Positions 8,456 to 17,808 of a stretch of DNA of 64,000 nucleotides are shown here, in pieces; within the stretch, counting starts at the first letter, position 1, and each line of letters opens with the position of its first letter. The stretch spans positions 29,526 to 93,525 of the forward strand of contig JAZBOQ010000143.1 of assembly GCA_036351195.1 (NCBI GenBank), written 5' to 3'. Origin of the DNA: Thermoanaerobaculales bacterium. Its GTDB lineage: Bacteria > Acidobacteriota > Thermoanaerobaculia > Thermoanaerobaculales > Sulfomarinibacteraceae. The notes under the pieces were generated by a model that worked only from the letters and a program-made list of their open reading frames with translations, made no database searches and had not been told where the DNA came from. The position numbers and the translations under genes are program-made.

Positions 8456-9211
8456 ATGCCCTTCGCCTCTGTCGTCCTCGTCGAACCTTCCATGCCCGGC
8501 AACCTGGGCGCCGCCATGCGAATTGCCGCCAACTTCCGGGTTCCCCGCCTCGATCTCGTCCGCCCGGCGGTCCAGCCGACGGATCCCGAGGTGCTGAACT
8601 GGGCCTGCGGCGCCGGAGAGCACCTGGAGATCCGAGTCCAGGACACCTTCGAGGCCGCCGTGACCGACTACCGAACGTTGGCGGCCACGGCGTCAGGAAG
8701 GGGCCGCGACAACCTGCCGGTCCTCACACCCGCCGAAGCTGCCTCTCATCTGCGCCGGCGCGGGCTCGCCGAGGCGGCGTTGGTCTTCGGCAACGAGACC
8801 CGCGGCCTGCGCAGGCGCCACCTCGACCGCGCCGACCTGGTAATCCGCATCCCCACCTCATCCACCTTTCCGGTGGTCAACCTCACCCAAAGCGTGGCCA
8901 TCCTCCTGGGGTATTTCGCCATCGACGTCACCCCACCGCCTCCGTCGGCGCCCGAGCCCGCCACGGTCTCCGAAGTGGATGGGCTCATGGACCATCTCGG
9001 GGCCTCGTTGTCCGACATCGGCTTTGCCGATCCCGGCAATCCCGAGCGCATCCAACGCAAGCTTCGCCGGCTCTTCGGGCGCGCCGGCATCACCGCCAAC
9101 GAGGTCAAGATCATCCGCGGCATCTGCCGTCAGATGCAGTGGGCCGCGAAGAACCCTCCCGAGATCGTCGCCAACGCCCGCCCCAACCGATCCCTGCGCG
9201 ACGACGACTGA
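8456..9211 (+). CDS. SpoU-class RNA 2'-O-methyltransferase (TrmJ-like)
   Basis: ORF 8456..9211. VVLVEPSMPGNLGAAMRIAANF at the N-terminus, plus FGNETRGL and NLTQSVAILL motifs. Confidence 0.8.
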   Translation: MPFASVVLVEPSMPGNLGAAMRIAANFRVPRLDLVRPAVQPTDPEVLNWACGAGEHLEIRVQDTFEAAVTDYRTLAATASGRGRDNLPVLTPAEAASHLRRRGLAEAALVFGNETRGLRRRHLDRADLVIRIPTSSTFPVVNLTQSVAILLGYFAIDVTPPPPSAPEPATVSEVDGLMDHLGASLSDIGFADPGNPERIQRKLRRLFGRAGITANEVKIIRGICRQMQWAAKNPPEIVANARPNRSLRDDD

Positions 9212-9222
9212 ACTCCCCGAAC

Positions 9223-9262
9223 CTCGGCGCCCTCGGTGCCTCTGCGGTCAGATTGTGCGACC
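9223..9262 (+). repeat. half-copy of the CTCTGCGGT...TTGTGC intergenic element
   Basis: CTCGGCG-N10-CTCTGCGGTCAGATTGTGCGACC aligns with the right arm of the 6.4 kb element (19 of 25 over the core). Confidence 0.4.
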
Positions 9263-9377
9263 AGGAACCGATCAGGACCCCCGGATGCCCAAATCTTCGA
9301 TCGGAACCGAAAGAGCGATGGGTGTGATGCTCTCGGTCGCGGTGGATTCCAGGGCCGTCTCCATTCCTGAGTTCAGC

Positions 9378-10631
9378 CTACCGGCGGGCGACCTCGGAGC
9401 GGAGGCGCTCGGCGAGACGCAGCAGTCGCGGGTCGGTGGGAAACCGTTGCAGGGCGTCCGACAGAATCACGGTGGCACCCATGAAGTCGCCGCGTCGCAA
9501 TTGATACTCCGCCAGCGCCGCCCGCATCGACGGGTTCTCCGGCGCCACCTGCACCGCACGCTCGAGAGCGAGCTTCGCGTCCTCCCAGGCGCCGGCACGT
9601 TCGGCCGTTCGCGCCACTGCCTGCAACAGATTGACATCGGTGGGGTTCATCCCCCACGCCCGGCGAAGGTGATGCAGCGCTGCCGCCGAGTCTCCTCTTC
9701 GTTCGGCCAGGGAGGCGAGCACTCGGTACGGTCCGATGGAACGGGGATCGTACCCGAGGGCGGTCTCCGCCGCGGCCACCGCTCCTTCGGGATCACCCTG
9801 CCCGTCCCTCGCCATGGCGATCACCGCCCAGGCGTCCGCAAGGACCGCCGAGGTCAACGCCGTACGGGAAACCAGTGCGTCCAATCGCGCTTCCCCGGCG
9901 GCGAAAAATCCGGAGCTCATGTCCCACCTCGCCAGCTCCAGCACCACTCTGGGGTCGCGGGCCTCGCTCTCGAGCAACTCTCTGCCCTCGTCATTGAGAT
10001 CCCGTTGCCGCAGCGCCCGGGCCAAACTGATCGCGCTCCGGCTTCGTGCGCGCGGATAGAAGACCATTCGTCTCCGCAGGCCCTCCATCACGACCATGTC
10101 GGACTCCTCCGGTGTGAGCTCAACCCGGCGTCTCCAGCTCCCGTTCCCCAGCGCCGCCGCCGTCGCGAGGCTGTCCAGCGCGTCCTCGTTTCGGCCTCCC
10201 GCGCGCGCGGCCATTCCGGCCAGACGGTGAAGCTCGGGCGCCGTCGGATCGCGAACGATGGCGGCGTTCAACGAGACCCAGGCCGCCTCCATTTCCCCTG
10301 TGATGAGCTCCCCTCGAGCACGGTTCACGAATCCGTGGGGGTCCGCCGGGCTCCACCGCAGCTGCAGATCCCCGACCGCACGGAGAGCGGCCACCATCGT
10401 TTCTCGCGGTGCGCCGGCCAGCAGCGAGACCGGCAGTCTGCGGGCTCGCCGCGCGACTGGGGGAAATCTCAAAACCCGATTGTTCACCAGGGAATTTGAA
10501 CCCTCGGTGGCCGAGTCGCGCAGACGATCGACCGCTCCGTTCCAACTCCACCACGCGGTCAGGCCGATCACTTCCACAAGAAGCGCCACCGCTGCGGCCA
10601 ACACCAACCAACGGATCGACGGCGCCTTCAC
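9378..10631 (-). CDS. TPR-repeat protein with N-terminal membrane anchor
   Basis: GTG 10631 overlaps the murB stop (GTGA). N-terminal TM IRWLVLAAAVALLVEVIGLTAWW, followed by Ala/Leu/Arg-rich TPR-like helices. Confidence 0.65.
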   Translation of the reverse strand: MKAPSIRWLVLAAAVALLVEVIGLTAWWSWNGAVDRLRDSATEGSNSLVNNRVLRFPPVARRARRLPVSLLAGAPRETMVAALRAVGDLQLRWSPADPHGFVNRARGELITGEMEAAWVSLNAAIVRDPTAPELHRLAGMAARAGGRNEDALDSLATAAALGNGSWRRRVELTPEESDMVVMEGLRRRMVFYPRARSRSAISLARALRQRDLNDEGRELLESEARDPRVVLELARWDMSSGFFAAGEARLDALVSRTALTSAVLADAWAVIAMARDGQGDPEGAVAAAETALGYDPRSIGPYRVLASLAERRGDSAAALHHLRRAWGMNPTDVNLLQAVARTAERAGAWEDAKLALERAVQVAPENPSMRAALAEYQLRRGDFMGATVILSDALQRFPTDPRLLRLAERLRSEVARR

Positions 10632-11668
10632 AGGGACACCGCCCGGCCGTCCTCGTCGAGGAAGACGAGAGCGGGAACCAGCTCGATGCCGGTAGCCGAA
10701 GCAACCCTGTCGCGGGCGCGGCGACACAGCTCGAGAACGTCCGAGGCGGTTGCCGATCTGCCGGCGAGCAGTTCGTTGCCCCGGGCGCCGCCGAACCGCA
10801 CACCGCCTAGCGCGGTTCCCGCATAACCCACCTCGTCGAGGAGATCCGCCGCCGTCGCATCATCGGCGTCGAGGAACACCGGCCCCATCCTTCGCAGTGG
10901 GCGGGAGAGACCGCCGAAGGCTCCGGTGGTCCTGATCTCACCCGCCCCCGGCCCCTTCAGCGCGAACCGTATCCTCGACACGACCCGCCGATGCATCTCG
11001 CTCGCCTCCGGAACGGTCTGAGACGGCGACCTGGTCCAACGGATGACAGGCGCGCCCGGCCCCTGCAGCTCGACCCAATCGAGCGCCACCCCGGCATCGA
11101 GGACCTGGTGAGCCGCACCGTGTACGAACCCACCGATACTGTGGTGCCGCCCGTCGAGATCTTCGATTCCCGAGAGGCCGGCTCTGCCCGCCGCGCGGCA
11201 CACCTGTGCCAAGTTGGCACCCGCACCCGCCACTATTCCGTCCGACTCGGCTTTCCATCGGGCAAGCTCGCCGGTCAAGCTGACCACCGGCACGCGAAAG
11301 CCGCGATCCGGCGCCACCAACCGTGAACCACCGCCGAGGACCACCCAACCCAGGCCGTGGGACGCAGCCAGGTCGATGACTTCACGGACTCCGTTCTCAC
11401 TGTGACAACGGGCAACCAGAGCCGCGATCCCGCCAACGCCGAGGGTCGTCCACGCGCGCAAATCCACCCGTTCGTGAATCTCCACGTGCGCTGTTCTGCG
11501 GAGCTCTCGAAGCGCCCCTTCCAGATTTTCGAGATCGCCGACCAGCAAAATTTCGCCCCGTTCCGAAAGTTGGCACGAGCCTTGCTTTAACAGAGGACAG
11601 CCGGGCACACAACGACCTGGTAACGCATCATACCTCCTCCTTCCTCCTGCGGGCCGCAAGGTCCGCAT
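10628..11668 (-). CDS. murB: UDP-N-acetylenolpyruvoylglucosamine reductase (5' end uncertain)
   Basis: ORF 10628..11668. DLRAWTTLGVGGIA and GLGWVVLGGGSRLV FAD-binding motifs. The conserved region begins about 70 codons into the ORF, so a downstream start (TTG near 11551) is possible. Confidence 0.8.
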   Translation of the reverse strand: MRTLRPAGGRRRYDALPGRCVPGCPLLKQGSCQLSERGEILLVGDLENLEGALRELRRTAHVEIHERVDLRAWTTLGVGGIAALVARCHSENGVREVIDLAASHGLGWVVLGGGSRLVAPDRGFRVPVVSLTGELARWKAESDGIVAGAGANLAQVCRAAGRAGLSGIEDLDGRHHSIGGFVHGAAHQVLDAGVALDWVELQGPGAPVIRWTRSPSQTVPEASEMHRRVVSRIRFALKGPGAGEIRTTGAFGGLSRPLRRMGPVFLDADDATAADLLDEVGYAGTALGGVRFGGARGNELLAGRSATASDVLELCRRARDRVASATGIELVPALVFLDEDGRAVSL

Positions 11669-11695
11669 CTTTTTTTCCGCGGTATTTCGGGTTTG

Positions 11696-11724
11696 CTTCT
11701 GCTGCGGGCAAGATTGTGGATGCC
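11696..11724 (+). repeat. degenerate copy of the CTGCGG...ATTGTG intergenic motif
   Basis: CTTCTGCTGCGGGCAAGATTGTGGATGCC resembles the 9.2 kb copy (CTGCGGTCAGATTGTGCGAC) with one indel. Lies between murB and the sigma-54 activator gene. Confidence 0.3.
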
Positions 11725-11753
11725 CACCGGTTCGGCCTTGGGTTCGGTGGGAT

Positions 11754-14700
11754 TCAGAGGTCTTTGAGCCCGAGCTTCCTGATCTGGTAGAGCAATCCCT
11801 GCCGCGATATTCCGAGCTCGCGGGCTGCGGCGCTCCGGTTTCCGTGGTGCCGGGCCAGGACCTCGGTGAGGAGTGTTCGCTTGAAGTCTGCCAGGGCGGA
11901 CTCCCACGAGCCTCGCACGGGGCGGTCCGCTTCGGGAATCGGAAGGTCGGCGGGCCGAATCTGCCGTCCCCCCGACCGCGCCATGGCGACCTCGACGGTG
12001 TGCTTGAGTTCCCGCACGTTTCCCGGCCACGAGTGACTCATGAGCATCTCTTCCGCCCGCCGGGACCATGTCGGAACGGGCAGCCCGTAACGCCGAGCCG
12101 CCTCGCGCTCGAAGATCGACCGCAGCACGGGAATGTCCAGCCTCCGCTCCCTCAGGGGCGGCACCTCAATCGTCGCCACCGCCATCCGGTAGTACAGGTC
12201 CTCACGGAATCGCGCCTGTCGCACCCGCCGCTTGAGATTCCGATGGGTGGCGCAGACAACCCGCGTGTCCACCTCCCGGACCTGATCCGATCCCACCGCC
12301 CGAACCTCTCCGGCCTCCATGAAGCGCAGCAATTTCACCTGCAGGGTCGCGTCCAGATCTCCGACCTCATCCAGGAAGAGGGTTCCTCCGTCGGCCGCCG
12401 CCACCAATCCTCTCCGGTGCCGATCGGCGCCGGTAAACGCCCCCTTGACGGCTCCGAAGAGCTCGGACTCCAGGAGGTTGCCAGGAATCGCTGCGACGTT
12501 GACGCAGACCAGATCGCCGGTTCGCCCGGAGAGGCGGTGGATTTCCCGCGCGACGATCTCCTTGCCGGAACCGGTCTCTCCGTGGATCAGCAGATTGAAG
12601 CTCGGGCCCGCCACCCGGAGAATCTCGCTCCTGAGACGTTCCGCGGCCGGCGAACCGCCGTCAATTCTCACCACTTCTTCCGAAGGCTCGGAAATCTCGA
12701 CTCCCTGGGTGGGCGCCAACAGGCTCAGAACATCGAGGAAGAGGTCCCAGGCCGGGCCAGGCAGTGGTTCGAAGCCCAGCGGGATCACCTCGAAGCCGCC
12801 TCGGCTCATGCCCCCGACGGGCCGCCCTTCACCGATGGCCAGGAGATCCCGGCCGCGGGCCGCCTCTCTCACCACGAGGCCGGTGACTCCGAGGGCTTCG
12901 AGCAGCCCCCCGGGGACCTGTTTCTGCAGGGTCCCCAGTCTCTGGCCGCGGATCACCTCCGACAGCGCCCGGTGAAACCCGTCCGCCTCTTCCGGGCCCC
13001 ACCGCATCCGCGACGCCCAACCGTCGATTCCGCAGTCGGACAGCACCCGCGCAGCCCGTTGACGGAGCCTGGAGGGCGGCCAACCCGGCCGGACGGCAAG
13101 CTCGCGGCACAACGCCACTGCCATGCCGTCCTTGAGGTCCAGCGGCCGTTCATCCCACGCCACCGCCCGGCTGTGCCGCAGCTCGACGGCCAGGGCAGCC
13201 GCCCGGCGGACTCCCCAACCGTCCTCTCCGCTCATGCCCGAAGGAATCTCGCCGACCAGCTCAAGCCATGCCTTTCCTTCCTCACCTCCTCGAGCCAGGA
13301 GAGACGTCGCGTCGGCTGTGCAGCCGTCGAACAGAGCTTCGACTCCCCGCAGCAGAAAAATCGCCTGGGCAATCTGTTCGTCGGCGCCGTCTTCCACCGC
13401 CGGAAGCTCTCCGAGACGTCGACGAAAGTCTTCCAAGTGCCCGGCCGCCAAAGCCAGCCGCACTCGCTCCACCTCTTCGAAGATCGAGGTCTCTAGCGCG
13501 CCCAAGCGGTCGAGACGCCGGGCGGCGCGTCTGAGGCGGAGCTGGTCGATGTCGGCCACCGCGAGGTTGTGCAGAGCAACCCATTCGCGGTGACGAAAAC
13601 CGGCCACCTGGAAGAGGCGATAAGCCCCGAGAGTCAACCGCTCAGAAACCGCAGGCCGCCCGAGTTCGCCTTCCACCAGCCCGAGGTTGACCTGCATCGA
13701 CGCCATTCGACCGGGAGCGCCCTCCCGGTCAATCAAGCGGCGCAGCAGTCGTCTCGCGAGAAGGTACTGACGATCCAGGATCGCTCGTGATGCGCGCTCG
13801 AAGAGCAGCAGGCCCTCGAGCTCGGGATGGCCGTCGGCAACCTCCTTTCGCCATTGACGGTCGTTCAGCCGCTCCGGTTTCATCCGCGCGGCGAATCGAA
13901 TGTCGATCCATCTTCGGGAAGGGCCGTGCAGTCGCTCCATGGCCTCGGTAATCACCACCACGGAGCGGCCCGCAGCTTCTGCGGACCGACCGACGCTCCT
14001 TCTCAGCGCAACCAGTGCGATCTCGGCACAGGCGCGCGGGGCGTGGCGCACGTCGATCGGTTGCGGGAGGGGAACCTCGCCCTGGGGCGTGCGATCCAGC
14101 AGTCGAAGCCAGTCGCGCCACGGGCCGGCGATCTCCCGGTCCATCCCTTTCAGGGCTCTGCGGGCGCCGGCAGCATCGGCCAGGCTCAGACACGCCTCGG
14201 CGTGGGCCGCCTGGACGCCGGATCCCAGCGCTCCCGCCTCGACCTCCTGCAGCAGGTCGCGAACCGCCGCCGCATCGAGATCGTCGAGCCGACTCCGCGC
14301 CCAGGTGAGAACCTCACCGGCGTTGCCCACCGCCAGACCACGGTGAAGCATGCCCTGCGGGGAGTCGGTCGGGAAGACTGCGGCAACCTCGGAGTGCAGG
14401 GGATCGACCTTCATCGAGGCTGCTTCGGGCAACATCAGCCGCCCGTCTCTGACCAGGACCGACTGCCCTTCGACGGCTGCGGCAAGCTCTTTGTCGGATG
14501 CCCCCGCCAGCTCCCTGCCGAGATCTTCCGGAATGCCCTCCGGAGCCAGACTCGCGACCCGGACCAACCGGGTGAAACGTTGTGTGGGTCGAGTCTTTTG
14601 GGCCTCGAAAAGCCGTCTTGCCGATTCCGTCAAACGACCGCGGTCAGCCGAGGACAAGGGGTCGAAACGTCCCTTCAACTCGTCGATGATGCGCTGTCGT

Positions 14701-15566
14701 CGCACCGGCCGAACGCCGACGATGCCGAGATGTGCCGCAAGACGCCCTGGATTGAAGAGCCGAAACGGGCGTGCGTTCCAACCACCCGGAAACGCCCCCA
14801 GCCCAACCGTCGCCACCGTCCCCGTCCCGCTCCGATCCACCAAAGAGGCAGCGCTCTCCGCGTCGAAGGACCCGGCGGCGACACGCACCCGGTCCGACCC
14901 CTCCGCCGCGGCCACCGTTACAGCCTCGGCGCCGTCGGTGGTCATCTCCAGGGTCGCTCCCCGGCCGGCGCGAGCCGCTGCGGCCCACAGCGAGGCTCCG
15001 AGTCTGCGCGCCAACCCCAGGTCGGCCACGTCCACCAACCGGGCATCCCCCGGGTCCGGCAAGGGCGGCGCCGACCACCGCCACATCCACAACGACCGAG
15101 CCGTCGCAATATCCAGGGGCGCTTCCAACCTTTCCAGAAGCTGGGCCAGGGCGCCGTCGAGAAAAAAGCCGGGCTCGAGGCCTCGGCGGCCGCCTGCCGC
15201 GGGCTCCACGCCGGTCACCTCGACGACGGCCTCGATCACCGCTCCCCGGGTCGCCCGAGCCGCTTCCTCGCCTCCCCCGAGCCGCGACCAGACCGCCGGG
15301 AGGGAGACCGGGAGGGCCGGAAGCCTGAGCACGAAACCGTCGCCCGTGGCCACGACCGATGCCGATGCGAGAGCCCGCCGGCCGGGCCAGAGCTCGGCAT
15401 CGCCCAGCAGGGAGCTCACCGCGACCATCTGGACTGCGATCCGACGCCGCTGCTCCGGGTCCAAATCGGCGACGGAAACCGCCTCGGCGCCGGGCTCACA
15501 GCCCTCGAAGGGCTGCGGCAAGGCCGGATGTTCAATCAGGAGCGACCGCGGAAGGGGCGGTCTCAC
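11754..15566 (-). CDS. sigma-54-dependent transcriptional activator with ~900-aa N-terminal region of unknown function
   Basis: C-terminal AAA+ region (LLIHGETGSGKE, GAFTGA, LFLDEVGDL, HSWPGNVRELKH) and Fis-type HTH (AAARELGISRQGLLYQIRKLGL). Start placed at GTG 15566, overlapping the aroA stop (GTGA), because the track ORF (to 15845) overlaps aroA. Confidence 0.8.
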   Translation of the reverse strand: MRPPLPRSLLIEHPALPQPFEGCEPGAEAVSVADLDPEQRRRIAVQMVAVSSLLGDAELWPGRRALASASVVATGDGFVLRLPALPVSLPAVWSRLGGGEEAARATRGAVIEAVVEVTGVEPAAGGRRGLEPGFFLDGALAQLLERLEAPLDIATARSLWMWRWSAPPLPDPGDARLVDVADLGLARRLGASLWAAAARAGRGATLEMTTDGAEAVTVAAAEGSDRVRVAAGSFDAESAASLVDRSGTGTVATVGLGAFPGGWNARPFRLFNPGRLAAHLGIVGVRPVRRQRIIDELKGRFDPLSSADRGRLTESARRLFEAQKTRPTQRFTRLVRVASLAPEGIPEDLGRELAGASDKELAAAVEGQSVLVRDGRLMLPEAASMKVDPLHSEVAAVFPTDSPQGMLHRGLAVGNAGEVLTWARSRLDDLDAAAVRDLLQEVEAGALGSGVQAAHAEACLSLADAAGARRALKGMDREIAGPWRDWLRLLDRTPQGEVPLPQPIDVRHAPRACAEIALVALRRSVGRSAEAAGRSVVVITEAMERLHGPSRRWIDIRFAARMKPERLNDRQWRKEVADGHPELEGLLLFERASRAILDRQYLLARRLLRRLIDREGAPGRMASMQVNLGLVEGELGRPAVSERLTLGAYRLFQVAGFRHREWVALHNLAVADIDQLRLRRAARRLDRLGALETSIFEEVERVRLALAAGHLEDFRRRLGELPAVEDGADEQIAQAIFLLRGVEALFDGCTADATSLLARGGEEGKAWLELVGEIPSGMSGEDGWGVRRAAALAVELRHSRAVAWDERPLDLKDGMAVALCRELAVRPGWPPSRLRQRAARVLSDCGIDGWASRMRWGPEEADGFHRALSEVIRGQRLGTLQKQVPGGLLEALGVTGLVVREAARGRDLLAIGEGRPVGGMSRGGFEVIPLGFEPLPGPAWDLFLDVLSLLAPTQGVEISEPSEEVVRIDGGSPAAERLRSEILRVAGPSFNLLIHGETGSGKEIVAREIHRLSGRTGDLVCVNVAAIPGNLLESELFGAVKGAFTGADRHRRGLVAAADGGTLFLDEVGDLDATLQVKLLRFMEAGEVRAVGSDQVREVDTRVVCATHRNLKRRVRQARFREDLYYRMAVATIEVPPLRERRLDIPVLRSIFEREAARRYGLPVPTWSRRAEEMLMSHSWPGNVRELKHTVEVAMARSGGRQIRPADLPIPEADRPVRGSWESALADFKRTLLTEVLARHHGNRSAAARELGISRQGLLYQIRKLGLKDL

Positions 15567-16834
15567 CGCAGCTCGCCCGAGCCGTCCAGGAGACCCTTCC
15601 ACATGCTCCAGAAGCCGGGGAAGGACTTTCCAACACAATCCGCGTCGTCGAGCTCGAGGCCGCCGGTCGCCAGACCGGCCACCGCCATGGCCATGGCGAT
15701 TCGATGATCCGCTGCCGCCGTCACGGCGACCCGCCGCTTCCGATGCCGGTCCATCGGTCGCACCACTCGGATCTCCCCTTGTTCGCGCTCGATACCAGCT
15801 CCAAGGCGACCGAGGTTCGACAGCATCACCGCCAGCCGATCGCACTCCTTGTGCCGAAGATGGTCGAGCCCGCGAAGCACGGTCCCCGGTGGCCCCGCCG
15901 CGGCCACCACCGCCAATGCCGGAAAGGCGTCAGGAGCGTCCTCGAGACTGGCGTCGAAGGGCCGGTCGGCGGGTCCCCGCACGTCCACGGTTTCGCCAAC
16001 GAAATCGATCGCCACCCCTGCCCGCCGGAGAATCCCGCAGATCGCGCGGTCACCCTGGGCGCTTTCGCCATCCAGGGGTCTGATGCCGACGCGGCCGCCG
16101 GCCACCGCGGCCGCCGCCGCCGGAAAGGCCATGGCGGACCAGTCTCCTTCCACCGCAAAGCTGGTCGGACGGATGCCTCCCGGCTCCACCCGCCATCGAT
16201 TCTCCAAGGCTTCGACGGTTGCGCCGAAGGCGGTCAGAGTCTGCTCGGTCAGATCCAGGTACGGACGCGACGGTACCGTGCCGAGCACCTCGAGATCGAG
16301 GCCGCGGGTCATGAGCGGCGCCGCAAGGAGGAGCGACGAGACGAACTGGGACGAAACTTCGGGCGTGATCCGAAGTTTGCCGCCGGCCAGGCGCCCGCCC
16401 TTCAGCGTCACCGGAAGCCTGCCGTCCCGACTCTCGATGGTCGAACCGAGCTCTCCCAACGCCTCGATGAGCGGCGCCATGGGCCGCTCCCGTAGCCGCG
16501 GGGTTCCGTCCACCGTGAACGACCCCGGCACACAGGCCAACAGGCCGAGAATGAGACGCGAACCGGTCCCCGAGTTGCCGAGGTCGACCCGAATCCGGGA
16601 CACCGTTTCCCGCGGACCGATCCGGATCGAGCTCCCCCACTCCACCGGCCATCCGGCCTGGCGCAGCGCATCGGCGAGGAGCCGAGTGTCTTCACAGTCC
16701 AGCGGCCGCAGGACTTCTCCGCCGTCGGCTGCCGCCGCGGCGATCAGGGCGCGGTTGGTGAGGCTCTTGGACGTCGGAACCCGAACATCAGCGTCGAGGT
16801 TGCCAACCGGGCCGGGAAGAAGGACGGAGTTCAT
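15563..16834 (-). CDS. aroA: 3-phosphoshikimate 1-carboxyvinyltransferase (EPSP synthase)
   Basis: ORF 15563..16834. VPTSKSLTNRALIAAA, LGNSGTGSRL and DHRIAMAMAVAG motifs. Confidence 0.9.
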   Translation of the reverse strand: MNSVLLPGPVGNLDADVRVPTSKSLTNRALIAAAAADGGEVLRPLDCEDTRLLADALRQAGWPVEWGSSIRIGPRETVSRIRVDLGNSGTGSRLILGLLACVPGSFTVDGTPRLRERPMAPLIEALGELGSTIESRDGRLPVTLKGGRLAGGKLRITPEVSSQFVSSLLLAAPLMTRGLDLEVLGTVPSRPYLDLTEQTLTAFGATVEALENRWRVEPGGIRPTSFAVEGDWSAMAFPAAAAAVAGGRVGIRPLDGESAQGDRAICGILRRAGVAIDFVGETVDVRGPADRPFDASLEDAPDAFPALAVVAAAGPPGTVLRGLDHLRHKECDRLAVMLSNLGRLGAGIEREQGEIRVVRPMDRHRKRRVAVTAAADHRIAMAMAVAGLATGGLELDDADCVGKSFPGFWSMWKGLLDGSGELR

Positions 16835-16889
16835 CCCGAACTCCGACCTGTCGAAGACGGCGCGTTCCGCTGGTGTCGAACTCTGGAGT

Positions 16890-17645
16890 TCACCCGCCCA
16901 TTTTGAGAAGGGGTCCGCAGGGTGTCAAGTTATTCTCCACCATCATCGCTCCCGCTTCATCATCCAACATGGCCGCTCGTCGGGAGTCCAACCATGCCGG
17001 GAGAATGATGGCCACCTTGTCATCGTGGTGGTACGACCACGACGCGTGAAAGTGTCCCCAGAGGACGACATCCACGCCCATTTCCCACGCATTCTCGGCG
17101 TCGCGTCGGAGGCACGACAGAGGCTTGCGGTAGCGGAACTTCTTGTTGGTCTCGGCGAGCCGCGCTTCCATGGTCTGTACGATCCATACGGCCAACGGCC
17201 TCGGCAGCAGCCGGGCCCACACCCGCGCCGGCATCGACTTGGACAACCACGACCAGAAGCGATACTGGACATCTCTCAGGTTCACCTTGTCTCCATGGAC
17301 CAGCCGGTACCGTCGTCCCGCCGACTCGAACTCGAGCTCGGTGCCCGCCCAGTCGATCTCCGCCGCGAGCTCCGGAGCGTCGAGGAAGAAGTCGCGATTC
17401 CCCTCGATCACGGCAATCCGAACGCCGGACTCCCGCAGGCGGCGCCAGCAATCGAGGACCCCCAGAAACCCCGACGTCCAGAACTTGGACATCCCGATGA
17501 GATACTGAAATCCATCTCCCAGGTAGATGATGTCCGTCACACCCGTTCTGCCCGCCGCACGTAACATGGAACACATGTCAGCCGCATCGCCGGTTCGTTG
17601 GCCGACGTGGGCATCAGCAATGATCAGTCGCTTCACAACGGTCAT
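16890..17645 (-). CDS. LpxH-like metallophosphoesterase (UDP-2,3-diacylglucosamine hydrolase family)
   Basis: ORF 16890..17645. IADAHVG, YLGDGFQY, EGNRDFF, LVHGD and WGHFH metallophosphoesterase motifs. Confidence 0.7.
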   Translation of the reverse strand: MTVVKRLIIADAHVGQRTGDAADMCSMLRAAGRTGVTDIIYLGDGFQYLIGMSKFWTSGFLGVLDCWRRLRESGVRIAVIEGNRDFFLDAPELAAEIDWAGTELEFESAGRRYRLVHGDKVNLRDVQYRFWSWLSKSMPARVWARLLPRPLAVWIVQTMEARLAETNKKFRYRKPLSCLRRDAENAWEMGVDVVLWGHFHASWSYHHDDKVAIILPAWLDSRRAAMLDDEAGAMMVENNLTPCGPLLKMGG

Positions 17646-17808
17646 ACTACCGCAGGGTCGCTCACCGGAGGGCGAGCAGGCCCTGGGGTATACTCGGCTA
17701 TCGCGTCCGGAATTCGGGTTCGTCGCACTGCGGTTGCACGAGTTCGGACGGCCATCTCGCGAAACCGCGCCCGCTCCGCACTGAGCGAGGCACGAAAGGA
17801 ACGCTCCG

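Noticed and set aside
6493-9327. 944-aa + strand ORF, and similar long ORFs (150..944 +, 1020..1862 +, 2605..4149 -, 13827..15707 +, 14350..16083 +, 54639..56468 -, 62222..63730 +, 60434..62182 +)
   Set aside because: They are Arg/Pro/Gly-rich and low-complexity, with no motifs. All lie antisense or out of frame to genes with strong family signatures, which is typical of stop-poor frames in GC-rich DNA.
17646-17808. GCACTGCGGTTGCACGAG in the lpxH-like/S8 divergent region as another copy of the CTGCGG element
   Set aside because: Only the CTGCGGTT core matches and the flanks do not align. That is too weak to call.
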